Assembly: GCF_004010195.1 (NCBI RefSeq) | Contig: NC_057719.1 | Span: 88,279,393 to 88,341,983, forward strand | Direction of reading: 5' to 3' | Source of the DNA: Chiloscyllium plagiosum | Lineage: Eukaryota | DNA length: 62,591 nt | In this document: piece by piece, positions 1-11,561 of the stretch | Layout: the number at the start of each line of letters is the position of its first letter | Position numbering within the stretch: position 1 is the stretch's first letter | Translations under genes and position numbers: made by a program | The notes under the pieces: model-generated | The model's input: the letters and a program-made list of their open reading frames with translations, nothing else | Database searches by the model: none | Told to the model about the DNA's origin: nothing

Positions 1-430
1 TGCCTTCTCTATTTCCCGGTACATGTTGCGCCCCTGGTCCTGACCACTGTTAGGAGGTCTGTACATAACTCCCACTATGGTTTTTTTGCCTTTGTGGTTT
101 CTCAATTCCACCCACACAGACTCCACATCATCCGACGCTATATCATTCAGCACCATAGATTTAATTTTGTTCTTAACTAACAAGGCAACCCCGCTCCCTC
201 TGCCCACCTCCATGTCTTTTCTATAAGTTGAAAACCCTTGGATGTTTAACTGCCAGTCCGGATGTAACCACGTCTCTGTGATGCCTACCATATCATAATC
301 ATTCACGATGATCTGTGCCATTAGTTGTCTGCTTTGCTATGAATGCTACAAGCATTCAGGTAAAGTGCCTTAATGTTAACTTTCTTAGATCATTAGAGAT
401 ATTGGAAGTCATAAGATGTCCTAAGTTAAC
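1..430 (-). mobile_element. CR1-type LINE fragment, ORF2 AP-endonuclease N-terminus (decayed)
   Basis: Minus strand translates to KALYLNACSI...YDMVGITETWL...IQGFSTYRKD...GSGVALLVK...VGVMYRPPNS, typical CR1 APE motifs, with a frameshift. Confidence 0.85.
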
Positions 431-926
431 CTGATTAACCTTTGTTCAATATTCAATCCCTCCATACCAGGGATTATCCTAGTAAACTTTAAGTGACAAC
501 TGTGCCCAGCAATTACTTACTAGAGGAGGGATAGGGAGAAGATGTATGAAGCTGGTACTTGGGATGAGAAGTTTGTTTTATGAAGAAAGGTTGGATCTGT
601 ACGATTGATGTTTAGAAGAATGGAAGGGGAGGGGAGGACTTGACTGAAGTGTATATAATGGTCTCGACAAGGTGGATTTGGGGAAGGACATTTCCTCTTG
701 CATACGAGTCCAGAAGTAGGGTACAAGGTTTTAAAATTAAGGACAGCCCATGAAGCGCAGAGATAATTGGATTTTTATTCTCTCATAACATTTGGAAGTC
801 TGTCTCAGAAGGGCGGTGGAGGCGGGGTTCTTCACGCAGAAGAGGAGATTCTTTTCAGGCAAAGGAGATTATTGAAGACGGGGTAAATGTGGAATTAGAA
901 ATTGAATGAGAAGCAGAGTTAAACTT

Positions 927-988
927 CTGGATGTAGGTTTGCTCGCTGAGCTGGAACCTGAGCTACAGATCTGCTCAAAACTCGCTGA
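927..988. mobile_element. 62-bp Penelope-like terminal-repeat fragment with TSD
   Basis: Flanked by direct repeat AGTTAAACTT (917-926, 989-998); insert resembles shark Penelope terminal-repeat sequence as I recall it. Confidence 0.55.
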
Positions 989-1095
989 AGTTAAACTTGT
1001 GGGCCCCACCCCACCGTCTAATGGTGACGATCTGGTGATTTGAAGAGAGATCCAGTGTTAAGGGGAGCTGGTGAGCCTCAGGCCCCACTCAGTAC

Positions 1096-1450
1096 CTGTC
1101 TCTGAAGCCTGCACATCCATCTGCTGGGGCTGGGTAGGCGGCACTGGCTCTATCTTCTTACAAAGACAGGCCCAGGGTCCATTCATCCATATGGCGGAAA
1201 CCGACCGCCAAATATTCCCCCCGCCCCGGTCACTTCCGCTCGGGCCGAGCCCCCTCAGCCGGTGCACCGTCCAATAAAGATCCGGGGCTCCTGCCGTCCG
1301 CTGTCCCCATGGTAACGGGTCAGGTCACCTGATCTGTGGGGTGGGGCCACGCTCGGACCTTTTCTGTCAGCGCGTGAGAGCGGATGTGACCTCATCAGCG
1401 CGCGGCGTGGTGAGTAACGGCCTGAGCGGGAGAACAACGTCACCCGCCTG
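1096..1450. promoter_or_regulatory. CpG-rich promoter of HAUS2, probably bidirectional
   Basis: Only CpG-dense non-coding patch in the window; GC box (ccccgcccc ~1219), ETS CACTTCCG (1231), CCAAT (1271), YY1-like ATGGCGG (1191), X-box-like GTCCCCATGGTAAC (1303-1316); splice donors facing both directions (+ GTG|GTGAGT at 1409/1410; - CAG|GTACTG at 1096/1095). Confidence 0.75.
1360..1409 (+). other. HAUS2: Putative non-coding first exon of HAUS2 (start approximate)
   Basis: Strong donor GTGAGT at 1410-1415 in the CpG patch; matching acceptor tctctctttcag at 2101-2112 just before the ATG exon. Confidence 0.55.
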
Positions 1451-1762
1451 CTCCCCCTCTAAAACCACTGATACCCTTCCCTATTCTCACCACTTCTCCC
1501 CTACCCTTACACCATCTTCACTGACCCTGACACCACCCCGCCGCCCTCCCCAACCACCCCACCACAAAAACTAAACCGTTCCTGCCAGCATACACCACCC
1601 CTTCTCTGCCTCCAATGCTTCATAACTGCCATTACACTTGCCCCAACCTTCTATGAACCACTCAAATTCCCTCTCCACCCCCACCCAGCATTCATTCAAA
1701 ACCACACTGGGCAAAAGTGAGGACTGCAGATGCTGGAAACCAGAGTTTAAATTAGAGTGGTG

Positions 1763-1960
1763 CTGGAAAAGCACAGCAGGTCAGGCAGCATCCGAGGAGC
1801 CGGAAAATCGACGTTTCAGGCAAAAGTCCGCCAACACTGCCCAACCCTCCCCCTGTTTGGACTGGAAAAGCACAGCAGGTCAGGCAGCATCCGAGGAGCC
1901 GGAAAATCGATGTTTCAGGCAAAAGTCCGCCAACACTGCCCAACCCTCCCCCTGTTTGGA
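1763..1960. repeat. 99-bp tandem duplication (2 copies) including part of a Penelope terminal-repeat fragment
   Basis: 1763-1861 and 1862-1960 identical except one substitution. Confidence 0.9.
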
Positions 1961-2129
1961 ACTTGTGCTAATGATCTCACCCTTTGTGTGAGCAAGACAC
2001 TTAAGTTCATACAAGTGCATAATAAAGGGAAATCTTGCTGCAGACACCTTGCAGTGAGTCTCTGACTGTGCTGAACTTTTGAGGTTATTTCTTTCTGCAA
2101 TCTCTCTTTCAGCCTATCTTCAAGTGAGA

Positions 2130-2219
2130 ATGCAGTCTTCAAATCCATGGGAGCCAACAGTTGAAAACCCAGCAGCCCGTTTCCTTGAGAGGTGTATTGG
2201 AAAGGGATTACTGACACAG
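2130..2219 (+). CDS. HAUS2: HAUS augmin-like complex subunit 2, coding exon 1 (MQSSNPWEPTVENPAARFLERCIGKGLLTQ)
   Basis: NPW motif and length resemble the human HAUS2 N-terminus (MAAANPWDP...GMVNQ); acceptor AG 2111-2112, donor GT 2220. Confidence 0.88.
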
Positions 2220-2474
2220 GTATGGCTGGCTAAGCTCGGGACCAGTTTAATGCATCTTGTGCTTTTTAATGCCCATATATTTATTCACTTTCTGTTTTTT
2301 AAAATTAGAATTGATTCCTTGGCCCTACTCATCTATGCAGCTGTCCTTGACTTGAGCCTAGTCGATAACTGGGAAATCTAATCTAAAACTGTCTCTTTGA
2401 TGGATGTTCCATTGCCCCTCTATCTGATGTTTGCTTGCATTGACACCACTTCCACACTCAGGATCACTCAAAGA

Positions 2475-2905
2475 AAGATTTTTATTTCTATAACTTTTTT
2501 CATGACACCCTTTGTTTTCCAAAAAGCTTCATGATTCATGAAATACTTTTGAAATCTTGGAGCCTAAGAAACACAATTCTCATTTCCACACAGTAAATGA
2601 CCACAGACAACAATCTGATAATGACCAGTAAGTTTTTTATTTGACAGAGGGATGAATATTAGCCAGGACACTAAGGAGAACACTCTGCTCTTCATTGTAG
2701 TCATGACCGAAACACTCTAGTATACCCAAGAAGGTCTTGGTTTTAACGTCTCATTTGAAAGAAACTACTCCTGACATTGTGCTTCTGCTCAGTGGTGCCT
2801 TGCGATGACAGTCTGGACTACCTGCTTGAGTCTCTCAACAGGAACTTGAACTTACTATTCTCTGACACAGAAACACACATGCTATGCCTCAGAACCATGG
2901 CTGAC
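2475..2905 (-). mobile_element. Old DeuSINE-like (SacSINE1/AmnSINE-type) SINE
   Basis: Reverse complement shows a tRNA-like head gtcagccatggttctg..., the core atgagacgttaaaacc and gtgtcctggctaatattcatccctc; related piece at ~10010-10295 (+). Confidence 0.6.
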
Positions 2906-2987
2906 TTGGGCTCTGATGATCATTGTAGCAGGCATCCTGCAAAGTCAACCTGGTTGTGATCAGACATTGGACTTCTCATTAGGTCAA

Positions 2988-3186
2988 AAAGTGTGAAGCT
3001 GGAAAAGCTCAGCTAGTCAGGCAGCATCCAGGGAGCAGGAGAGTCAATGTTTCGAACATAAACTCTTCATCGGGAATAAGAAGGGCTTATGCTCGAAACC
3101 TCAACTCTCGCTCTCGGATGTTGCCTGACTGGCTGTGCTTTTACAGCACCACACTTTTTGACTCTGATCTCCAGCATCTGCAGTTA
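2988..3186. mobile_element. Inverted pair of Penelope terminal-repeat (family A) fragments with 12-bp TSD
   Basis: TSD TCATTAGGTCAA at 2976-2987 and 3187-3198; arms are diverged inverted copies; degenerate hammerhead core. Confidence 0.8.
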
Positions 3187-3279
3187 TCATTAGGTCAACC
3201 TAGAATGCTGGTGGATTATAAAACAAGCTACATCTCAACCCAGATCCTCAGTTGCTCAAGCATGCATACTTGTCAAGTC

Positions 3280-4740
3280 ATAGACTACAAAAACAGACCC
3301 TTCAGTTCAACTTGGCCATGCCAACCAATCTGACTTTGTCCCATTTGTCAACCTTTGGCCCATATTCTTCCAAATCCTTTCTAATCATATACTCATCCAG
3401 ATGAGCTCCAGACATATGCGAAAAAGTTGACCCTCAGGTCCTTTTTAAAGCTTTCCCCTCTCACGTTAAATCTGTATCCTCTAGTTTGGGACTTGTGCAC
3501 TCAAGTAAAAAGACCTTGGCTATTCACCCTATCCATGCCCATCATGATCTTATATAAACTCCTATAACTCCTCAGTCTCACTCCAAGGGACAATAACCCC
3601 AGCCTAACAGCCTCTCCTTATAGCTCAAACTCTCCAGTCTTGGCAACATTCTTGTAAATCTTATATGCAACCGCTCAAGTTTAACAACATCCTTTCTCTA
3701 GAAGGGCAACAAGAATTGTGCACAGTATTTCAAAAGTGGCCTCACCAATTCATGTACATTACGGTGGCGCAGTGGTTAGCACTAATGCCTCACAGTGCCA
3801 GGGACCTGTGTTCGATTCCAGCCTTGGGCAATTGTCTGTGTGGAGTTTGCACATTCTCAATGTGTCTGCGTAGGTTTCCTCCGGGTGCTTGTTTTCTCCC
3901 ACAATCCAAAGATGTGCAGGTTAGGTGAATTGGCCATGCTAAATTGCCCATAGTGTTCAGGGATGTGTAGGTTAGGAACATTAGTCCGGGGTACATGTAG
4001 ATTAATAGAGTAGGAGGAATGGATCTGGGTGGGTTACTCTTTGGAAGCTCGGTGTGACTTGTTGGGAGGAATGGGATTCTATGATCTGCAACGTGACATC
4101 CCAATTTCTATACTCAATTTTATGACCAATAAAAGCAAGGATGCCAAACACCACCATCACCACTCTGTCTACCTGTACTTCCACTTTCAATGAACTATGC
4201 ATGTGCACCACGAGGTCTCTTTATTTGCCAACACTCTCCAGGGCCTTACCATTAACTATATGGGTTCTGCCTTGTTTTGCCTTCCAAAGTGCAACACCTC
4301 ACATTTATCTAATAGATGCAAGTAAATCTATTGTAATTGTAGTTAGAAGTTATGCGCTTGTTTCGTTCCCCAAAAACTGACATAGGTTACCTTTTTCTCC
4401 TGTGAAACAGGACACTTTGGATTTAAACAAGGTCCTGCCACACCTCAGCCCGTTGGCCCATCTGACCAAGGTCCTGTTGTATTCTGGGATAACACCTTCA
4501 CTGTCCATTACAGCATCTATTTTGGTTTCATTTGTGAACTTACTAGCCATACCTCCAATATTCACATCCAAACCATGAAAATCAGTGGACCTAAAACTGA
4601 TCGTTGTAGCACACCACTGGTCACAGGGCTCCAGTCTGAAGAGCAACCCTCCACCACACCTTCTGTCTCCTACTTTCAAGCCAATTTTGTATTCAGTTGG
4701 CTAACTCCCTCAGATCCCGTGTGATCTAATCTTACTAAGC
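3280..4740 (-). mobile_element. CR1 LINE 3' part, interrupted by an HE1 SINE and a templated insertion
   Basis: Reverse complement matches the CR1 RT/3' sequence also seen at 61795-62591. Confidence 0.75.
3761..4085 (+). mobile_element. HE1-like tRNA-derived V-SINE
   Basis: Head acggtggcgcagtggttagcact...gttcgattcc (A/B boxes), core ctgtgtggagtttgcacattctc...ggtttcctccgggtgct. Confidence 0.85.
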
Positions 4741-5194
4741 CATATATCATTACTACAGTAGGGATCCTTAGCCATCAGAATTGACTTGCAGAGCCAATTT
4801 TAAGTTTTCTCCTTTCTAGATAAGTTGCCTATGCTGAGTGAAACAAGGTTTCTCACTTGAGTCCTAATCTCTAAAATGATGAAAGGCTTTCCAATAGCTG
4901 ATCTTTTCGTCCTATTCTTGACCCACCACTCCCTTAGTCCTGTCTCCTCTCTCAGCCTATAGACTAAATAGCAGTGCTTAGTGGCATATAAAAGACTTTA
5001 TAAAATAAAAGCTTACCTTCTGATTCCTACTCAGTTCTGTATTGTGAAACGTGATAATTTGTCGTTCTTTCTAACATTATATTTGGAGGCTTTAGAAAGA
5101 TGCACGTAAATCTATTGTAATTGTAGTTAGAAGTTATGCGCTTGTTTCGTTCCCCAGAAACTGATGTAGGTTACCTTTTTCCCCTGTGAAACAG

Positions 5195-5299
5195 GACACT
5201 TTGGATTTAAACAAGGTGGAGTTTGGAAACACAGTGCCATTTGTTGAACGCTTCAGACTAATAGATGAAATTTCACACACCAGGGCAGAACTTGAACAG
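5195..5299 (+). CDS. HAUS2: HAUS2 coding exon 2 (DTLDLNKVEFGNTVPFVERFRLIDEISHTRAELEQ)
   Basis: AG 5193-5194, GT 5300; phase 0-0, 105 bp; aligns with human EMLNMSKK...IQAEIYQ. Confidence 0.88.
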
Positions 5300-5934
5300 G
5301 TTTGTAACCTGAGTATCTTGGACATTATAAGTCTAGATAATATAATTCTTCACTATGTAAAGGGCAGGAAGGAGCCAAACAAAGCAGCATTTGAATTTGT
5401 GCAACTTGTGTCCCAAGATATTTTGCAAGAAGGGTAGTTTTAAAAAAGAATTCTTGGCAGTGGTTTTGAGACCATACCTGAATACCTGGGGACAAGGGGG
5501 TGTTTTATTCATTCATGGAAAGTGGTCTTTGCTAGCTGTGCCAGCATTTGTTGCTCTTGAGAAGGTGGTGGTGAGCTGCCTTTGCGAACCACAGCGGTCT
5601 GATTGGTGTAGCTCCCACCCACCATGCTGTTAGGGAGGGATTCCAAAAGCAACAGCGTACTCCTGCTTATTATGCACTAACAGCAGTAGCATTTGTTTAT
5701 ACAAGATCTTATTATAAAAGAGCACTCTGATATGTTCCCATCAGTGAATGTAAGGAGGGTGGACACAGAGCCAGGAAGGAAGATGAGCTATGATGGAAAC
5801 TTTTGTGAAACACTGAACTGTTGGCTTAGATTTCATATTGCAAATCTCTGCAATCTTTTGGCTTGGGCAAGCCTGCTACCCACCAAGTGACAGTTGACTT
5901 CTACAGAGAAAGATGGGGGAACTGAGGCATGAAC

Positions 5935-6430
5935 AAGGCACGTGTCAGGGGTGTGATGGAATACTCCCCACTTGCCTGACAACTGTAGCTCCAACAACAC
6001 TCAAAGCTTGACGTCAATAGAGCAGCTCGGTTGATTGGCATCACATCCACCGTCTCCATCACTCAGTAGCAGCAATGTGTACTACCTACCAAGATGCACT
6101 TCAGAAATTCGCAAAAGATCTTTAGACATCACCTTTCAGACCCACAATTGCTTCCATCTTGAAGGATAAGGGCAACACTTGCATGGGAATATTGCTCCTT
6201 GCAAGTTCTCCTTCAATTCACTCACTATCCTGAGTTGAAAATATATCACTGTTCTTTCACTGTTACTGGGACAAGATCCTGGAACTCTCTCCCTAAGGGC
6301 ATCGTGGGTCTACCTACAGCACACGAATTGCTATAGTTCAGGAAAGCAGCTCACCAGCACCTTCTCAGTGGTAACTAGGGACAGGCGATAAATGCTGGCC
6401 AGCCAGTGATGCCCATGTCCCACAAATTAA
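5935..6430 (+). mobile_element. 3' end of an L2/CR1-group LINE
   Basis: Homologous to 54840-55255, which follows RT motifs; tail ggcgataaatgctggccagccagtgatgccc is shared with the SINE at 35205-35530. Confidence 0.65.
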
Positions 6431-6718
6431 TTTTTAAAAAGTTACACTAGGTCCTCTTAACACTTACTGATTAGCGTGTTAGCTTCTTGTTGTTCAAAAT
6501 TCCATGATGCATTCCTTTGCCAGCCAAGGCAGAGTCAATGTGTTAAAGCTCTAGAATCTATATAGGTTACAGGAAAGCTGAATCATGCAAGGTTTTTACA
6601 CTAAAAATACTTTGATAATGCGATTGTAAATAAACTAAAAGTGAAGCATTTATCTGTCCTCTCTCCTACATTGATTGTGTGCCATGCTCTGTTACTAACA
6701 TTTCTTCACTTCTATCAG

Positions 6719-6788
6719 AAATCTCTAGAGTTGAAGCTGCTTAAATTGCAGAATGACACCGCAGATATTGCCCACCCAGTGTGTTTGG
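6719..6788 (+). CDS. HAUS2: HAUS2 coding exon 3 (KSLELKLLKLQNDTADIAHPVCL)
   Basis: Matches human [23 protein letters not shown]; AG 6717-6718, GTAAGT 6789; 70 bp, phase 0-1. Confidence 0.95.
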
Positions 6789-6874
6789 GTAAGTCTGTGG
6801 TTAATTTTGTGCATGTGAAGTAGTAATGGGAACAGGTAGTTTGCTGGGTGGAGTTGGCATATTGTTTTAAGTAG

Positions 6875-7962
6875 AAATTGAGAACTGTTGATGCTGAAGA
6901 TCAGAGTCGAAAAGTGTGGAGCTTGAAAAGCACAGTAGGTCAGGCAGCATCCAAGGAGCAGAAGAATTGACGTTTCAGGCATAAGTCTTTCTTTAGGTAT
7001 TTTGGGCGGGTGGGGGTGGCTGAAGCTGAGATATAAATAGGAGGGTAGGGTTCCTTACCTTCCACCCCATTAGTCTCCGGAGACAGTGCATCATGCTTTG
7101 CCATTTCTGCAAACTACAATCAGACCACACTGCCAGAGAGATATTTCCATCCCCACCCCTATCAGCATTCCACAGAGACCATTCCTGCTGTGACTCTCCG
7201 TTAAGTTCAAGCTTCCCACCGACCCACCCTCCATTCCCGGCACCTTCCCTTGCTGCCACAAGAGATGTAAAACCTGCGCCCACCTCCTTCACCCCCACCT
7301 CACCTCTAATCAAAGCTCCAAAGCATCATTCCATATCTGGCAGAGATTTTCTAAACACCTCAACTATTGCGTCCATTATTCTCGATGTGATCTCCTCTAC
7401 ATTAGGGAGACAGGATGCCAATTTGCAGAATGTTTCAGGGAACACATCTGGGAGACATGCACCAAACAATCCCAACACCCTGTGTCCTTGGTGGAGTGGG
7501 AGCTTCCCCTCCCACTCCACCAACGATATGTAAGTCTTGAGCCACCTCCACTGCCAAATCCCAGTCAACCAACGACTGGAGGGAGGATACCTCCTCTTCC
7601 ACCTTGGGACCGTTCAACCACATGTAATCAATGTCAACTCTACCAGTTTTCTCATCTCCCCTCCCCCACCTCATCCCAGCTCTAACCCTCCAACTGGACA
7701 CTGCCCTTTTGAACTATCCTACCTGTCCATCTTCTTTTCCACCTATCTGCTCCACCCTCTGCTCCAACCTATCGCCATCACTACCCCCCCCCAAACTGCA
7801 TCTACCTATCGTCTTACCAGCTGTCTCACCCCCATCCCCCTCTTTATCTCTCAGCCCCTGCCCCCATCCCACATTCCTGATGAAGGGTTTATGCCTGAAA
7901 TGTTGATTCTCCTGCTCCTCAGATGCTGCCTGACTTGCTGTGCGTTTTGAGTGCCACACATT
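6875..7962 (+). mobile_element. 5'-truncated Penelope-like retroelement (GIY-YIG end) with inverted 5' terminal repeat and 3' terminal repeat containing a hammerhead motif
   Basis: Frameshifted translation gives EIFPSPPLSAFHRDHS, LLYIRETG-like and LLFHLGTVQPHVINV; 3' repeat with CTGATGA..GAAA at 7877-7900; inverted copy at ~6875-6990. Confidence 0.85.
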
Positions 7963-8168
7963 CTTTTAAGACACTGTAATGGCATGTAGGCCTGACTGGA
8001 GAGGATCTCCTCCCTCTTGGAAATTGGTTGAGATTTTAATGGTACATAATTTTTGTGGTATTTTGTCAACTCTCAAATAACCAGGTTGGTTGAATTATGT
8101 TTCATGACCTGCTCTGAGGGAGTTGAATTCAGATTGCTAATCTCATACTAAACCATGAGTCTACTGTA

Positions 8169-8383
8169 CAGGTATTTCTTTTATATCGTGATGGTCGTGT
8201 TCTTATGCAACCCAGCACTATATAAAAATTGTGCAATAAAGATAGCATTTAGTGTTGGTATTGCAGTCATGTTAGAGCCAACACGTTTTAAACGTCTACG
8301 CTTTAGAAACAGCATTACCAATTTGTCAATCATGTTACAGCCAATTTGCGTTGATGAAACACGTGTCATAGCAGAACAAGCTG
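8169..8383. mobile_element. Probable Tc1/mariner (Tigger-like) MITE, decayed
   Basis: TA then CAGGTATTTCTTTTATA at the left end; imperfect inverted CATAGCAGAACAAGCTG at the right end. Confidence 0.45.
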
Positions 8384-9144
8384 GCAGGTGGGACTAGATT
8401 GGGTTGGGATATCTGGTCGGTATGGACGGGTTGGACCGAAGGGTCTGTTTCCATGCTGTACTTCTCTATGACTCTAAGCTGTGTGCTGCACCTCTATCAA
8501 GTTCTGTTTCTAGTACATAGCTCAAATGCAGTTTTTTTGCATTGTATGTGGGATACTCTGCTGTCAGATGCACCAATGTGGATACTAAGTGCTTTAGGGA
8601 GTGTGTGAATCTGAGAGATGAGGAATTGAACAAGCTAGATCCAAGAGTCCAGCTGTGCTTATCCCTTCCAATGTGCTGGGTGTATTTTAGATTAGGTTAG
8701 GTTCCCTACCTAACCTAACCTGTGGAAACAGGCCCTTCGGCCCAACAAGTCCACACTGACCCTCCGAAGAGTAACCCACACAATGAGTTTAGCAGAATTT
8801 GCTGTGGTTCATGTGCAGAAATTTCCGAACTTTTCAAATTCATCACGTCTGCTTGTGTTGAGTTAATCAGCTTTATTCCTGAACCAAACAGGGAGCAAAT
8901 CAGGATCCTGCCCTTGATCCTTGGTGAATGACCTGCCATTTCTCAATGAAGAAAAACCATTTAGCTGAGTTGCCATGTGTAAAATGCTATTCGGTGTGAA
9001 TTAGCATTTTTAAGAATGGGGCGATACCTGTAGGAGAGGAGAGACACTGCACTGATTTGGTGCTGTGTTGTTATGTACACCACGTGTCAGGTGTTCAATG
9101 TTGTGGCATTAAATGTTTAACACTTCTCTCTCTTGTATTGCTAG

Positions 9145-9277
9145 CTGAGAAGTACAGTCAGCTTCAGTCGATGAACAGCCACTTGGAGGCGATCTTGCAG
9201 GAGACAGTGTTGCTGAAGCTGCGGTTAGTGCAGCCTATTTGCCATCAGTGTCTACCTGTTGAAGCCAATTGTCACAG
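9145..9277 (+). CDS. HAUS2: HAUS2 coding exon 4 (AEKYSQLQSMNSHLEAILQETVLLKLRLVQPICHQCLPVEANCHR)
   Basis: Matches human [21 protein letters not shown]...PMCQENLPIEAVYHR; 133 bp, phase 1-2, AG/GTGAG. Confidence 0.96.
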
Positions 9278-9607
9278 GTGAGCTGTACATATCCCAGCTG
9301 CAACTGGGTTTAGCAGTGTCAGCACCATGGCAGTTAAATATAATTAGGACATATAAAATCCTTCCACACCTCAAAACCAATTTCTGCAGTAAAACCAATT
9401 GGATTCTGTGGCATTAGACTGTGGATTCAGCAACAAGTAAGCTCAGTCTGATTTTAATGAGGTTTTTGGGTGGTGTTGCAATTTTTGTCGAGGTAAAGTT
9501 CCTGATAGGTTAGAGTGAATTTGGGCTGGGAGAGAAATGACACATTGCTCACATTATTATTCTTCCCTTTCTGTAGAGGTTTGGTATCTACCCAATCAAC
9601 GTGACAC

Positions 9608-9925
9608 AACTCAGTGGTTAGCACAGCTGCCTCACCGTACCAGTTCGATTCCAGCCTCTGGCGACTATGCAGAGTTTGTACATTCTCCCGTGTCTGCATG
9701 GGTTTCCTTTGGGTGCTCTGGTTTCCTTCCATAATCCAAATATGTGCAGGTTAGGTGGATTGGCCATGCTAAATTGCCCATAATGTATAGGTTAGGTGCA
9801 TTAGTCAGGGGTAAATGCAGAGTAACGGTGAATGGGTTTGGGTGGAATATTCTTCACAGGGTCAGTGTGGACTTGTTGGGCCGAAGGATCTATTTCCACA
9901 CTGTTAAGATTCCAAGAAGATTCTA
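9608..9925 (+). mobile_element. HE1-like V-SINE
   Basis: Head ctcagtggttagcac, V-core, CR1-derived tail ggacttgttgggccgaagg...tttccacactgt. Confidence 0.8.
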
Positions 9926-10593
9926 AGAACATTTCCACTCGTGCTGTGGAAAGAACAATCTGAATCTCCTTTGAGTGCATTGTGAGAAAAATCAGATTAG
10001 TTATAAGTGTCAGTTTTGGCTCAGCTGAGAGCACACAGCTCACTGAGTCAGGTGATTCTATCTTTGAGCCCCACCTCAGCGTGACTGCCACTCAGTACAG
10101 CACTTGCAGAATTGAACTAAAGTGACCTCAACCTGTCATCATCCAGCAACTTTCATGTTTGGATGTTGCCATAACTAAAACAGATTAACTCATCAGGATG
10201 AGCTTTATGACACTTTAAATACTCCATTGGGTGTAAAGCACTTTCGAGCATCCTGTGGTCATGAAAAGTGCTACTTAAATGCAAGTCTTTCTTTAAATAG
10301 TAATAAGATTTTATCTAAAACCCCAAAAGTGTGAGGGAGCTGGGTAAAAACAATTAACATAAGGTGCTAGAGTGAGAGATTACTGATATGAAGGGGTCTG
10401 GGTTATAAAGGAAAGATAGAAACGTTGCGCACTTGAGGGAGGAGGAGGAGGGAAGACATGTTGCTGAGTAATGATGTGAGACAGCCGGATTATTGTCAGT
10501 AAAGATGCAGTGAGTAATGTTCCAAGCTTGAATCAAGACTGAATGTTTTGTTGTTACTTTCATCTCCCTGCTAATCACATTAATGTTTCCTAG

Positions 10594-10702
10594 GTATGTC
10601 TCTGAAATCTTGCCCATGATGGTTAATTTCATTGAGAAACTGGACTCCAATCTGGAGCTGATAAATACCATTCCTCAGGTGACCAAGAAAGTAAAGATAA
10701 TA
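10594..10702 (+). CDS. HAUS2: HAUS2 coding exon 5 (RYVSEILPMMVNFIEKLDSNLELINTIPQVTKKVKII)
   Basis: Matches human [28 protein letters not shown]; 109 bp, phase 2-0, AG/GTAAGT. Confidence 0.93.
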
Positions 10703-10879
10703 GTAAGTAAACAATGGAAATTCCTTGCAGTTACTTTTCCAACTATCTTAACGTTATTTCTGTATTTTTGTGAGGAACAGAACATTTTCCATTTCAGTCA
10801 CCCAGTATCACACCCTGCATCAGATACAAAGTCAGTTTCCCATCAGACATTTTGTCTGAATCATGCAGCACCAGTTCAG

Positions 10880-11330
10880 TGAGTCTCCTGGGATAATGTA
10901 GAAGAGGTTTTACTCTATTTCTAAATCCATGCTATTTATATCCAGGGAGTGTTTGATGGGGACAGTGTAGAGGGGGCTTTACTTTCAGTTTACTTTCTCT
11001 TTTTAATGAAGAGAAGGAGTTTCACTCTGTACCTAACCCTGTGCTGTCCCTGTCCTGTTTGATGGGGAAATCTGGAACGAGTTTTACTTTCTGTGAAAGA
11101 GCAGATGAAGTTTTACTCTGTACCCTGTTCTGGTAGAGAAAGCTTTACTCAATCTAATCCTGTGTTTGATGAGGATCTAGGAGAAGTCTACTTTCTGTTT
11201 GGACTGAGCTTTACTTTTGGTGTAAGAGGAGGTTGATTTACTCTGTATCAGTTCCTCTTCTGGGAGTGTTTGGGGACCATATTGGTGCTCTATTCTGTGT
11301 CTATCCTCATGCTGTACCTGCCTCTGTGTT
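10880..11330. repeat. Degenerate elasmobranch-type tandem repeat (gggacagtgtagagggagctttactctgtatctaaccctgtgctgtccctgtcctgggagtgtttgatg-like)
   Basis: Recurrent tttactctgt/ctaaccctgtgctgtccctgtcct/gtttgatgggga motifs; another remnant at ~21430-21540. Confidence 0.7.
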
Positions 11331-11444
11331 AGAAATAAAACAATTCAGTTCTCTATCTCTCATGTTCATCTGCTTGTGATAAGTAGAAAGAGAATTAGTT
11401 TAAAAAAAACTGTTGTCTTTTTAAACCATCTGTTTTATATTTAG

Positions 11445-11561
11445 GAAAATCTTGTTGCCAAAATGGTATCCGACATACTGGAGCTGAAGGAACTGTTGGA
11501 GTTGATCATGAGATGGAGAGAGCAGCAGAAGACTGGTCTTGAACATCTGGGAAGTAAATGA
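11445..11561 (+). CDS. HAUS2: HAUS2 terminal coding exon (ENLVAKMVSDILELKELLELIMRWREQQKTGLEHLGSK*)
   Basis: Not in the ORF track; matches human NQALAKMD...LAENILKWRKQQ; acceptor tttatatttag 11444, stop TGA 11559-11561. Confidence 0.9.
   Translation, partial: ENLVAKMVSDILELKELLELIMRWREQQKTGLEHLGSK

Noticed and set aside
3761-3830. tRNA gene-like A/B boxes (also at other SINE heads)
   Set aside because: They are SINE heads continuing into the V-core and LINE tail, not tRNA genes
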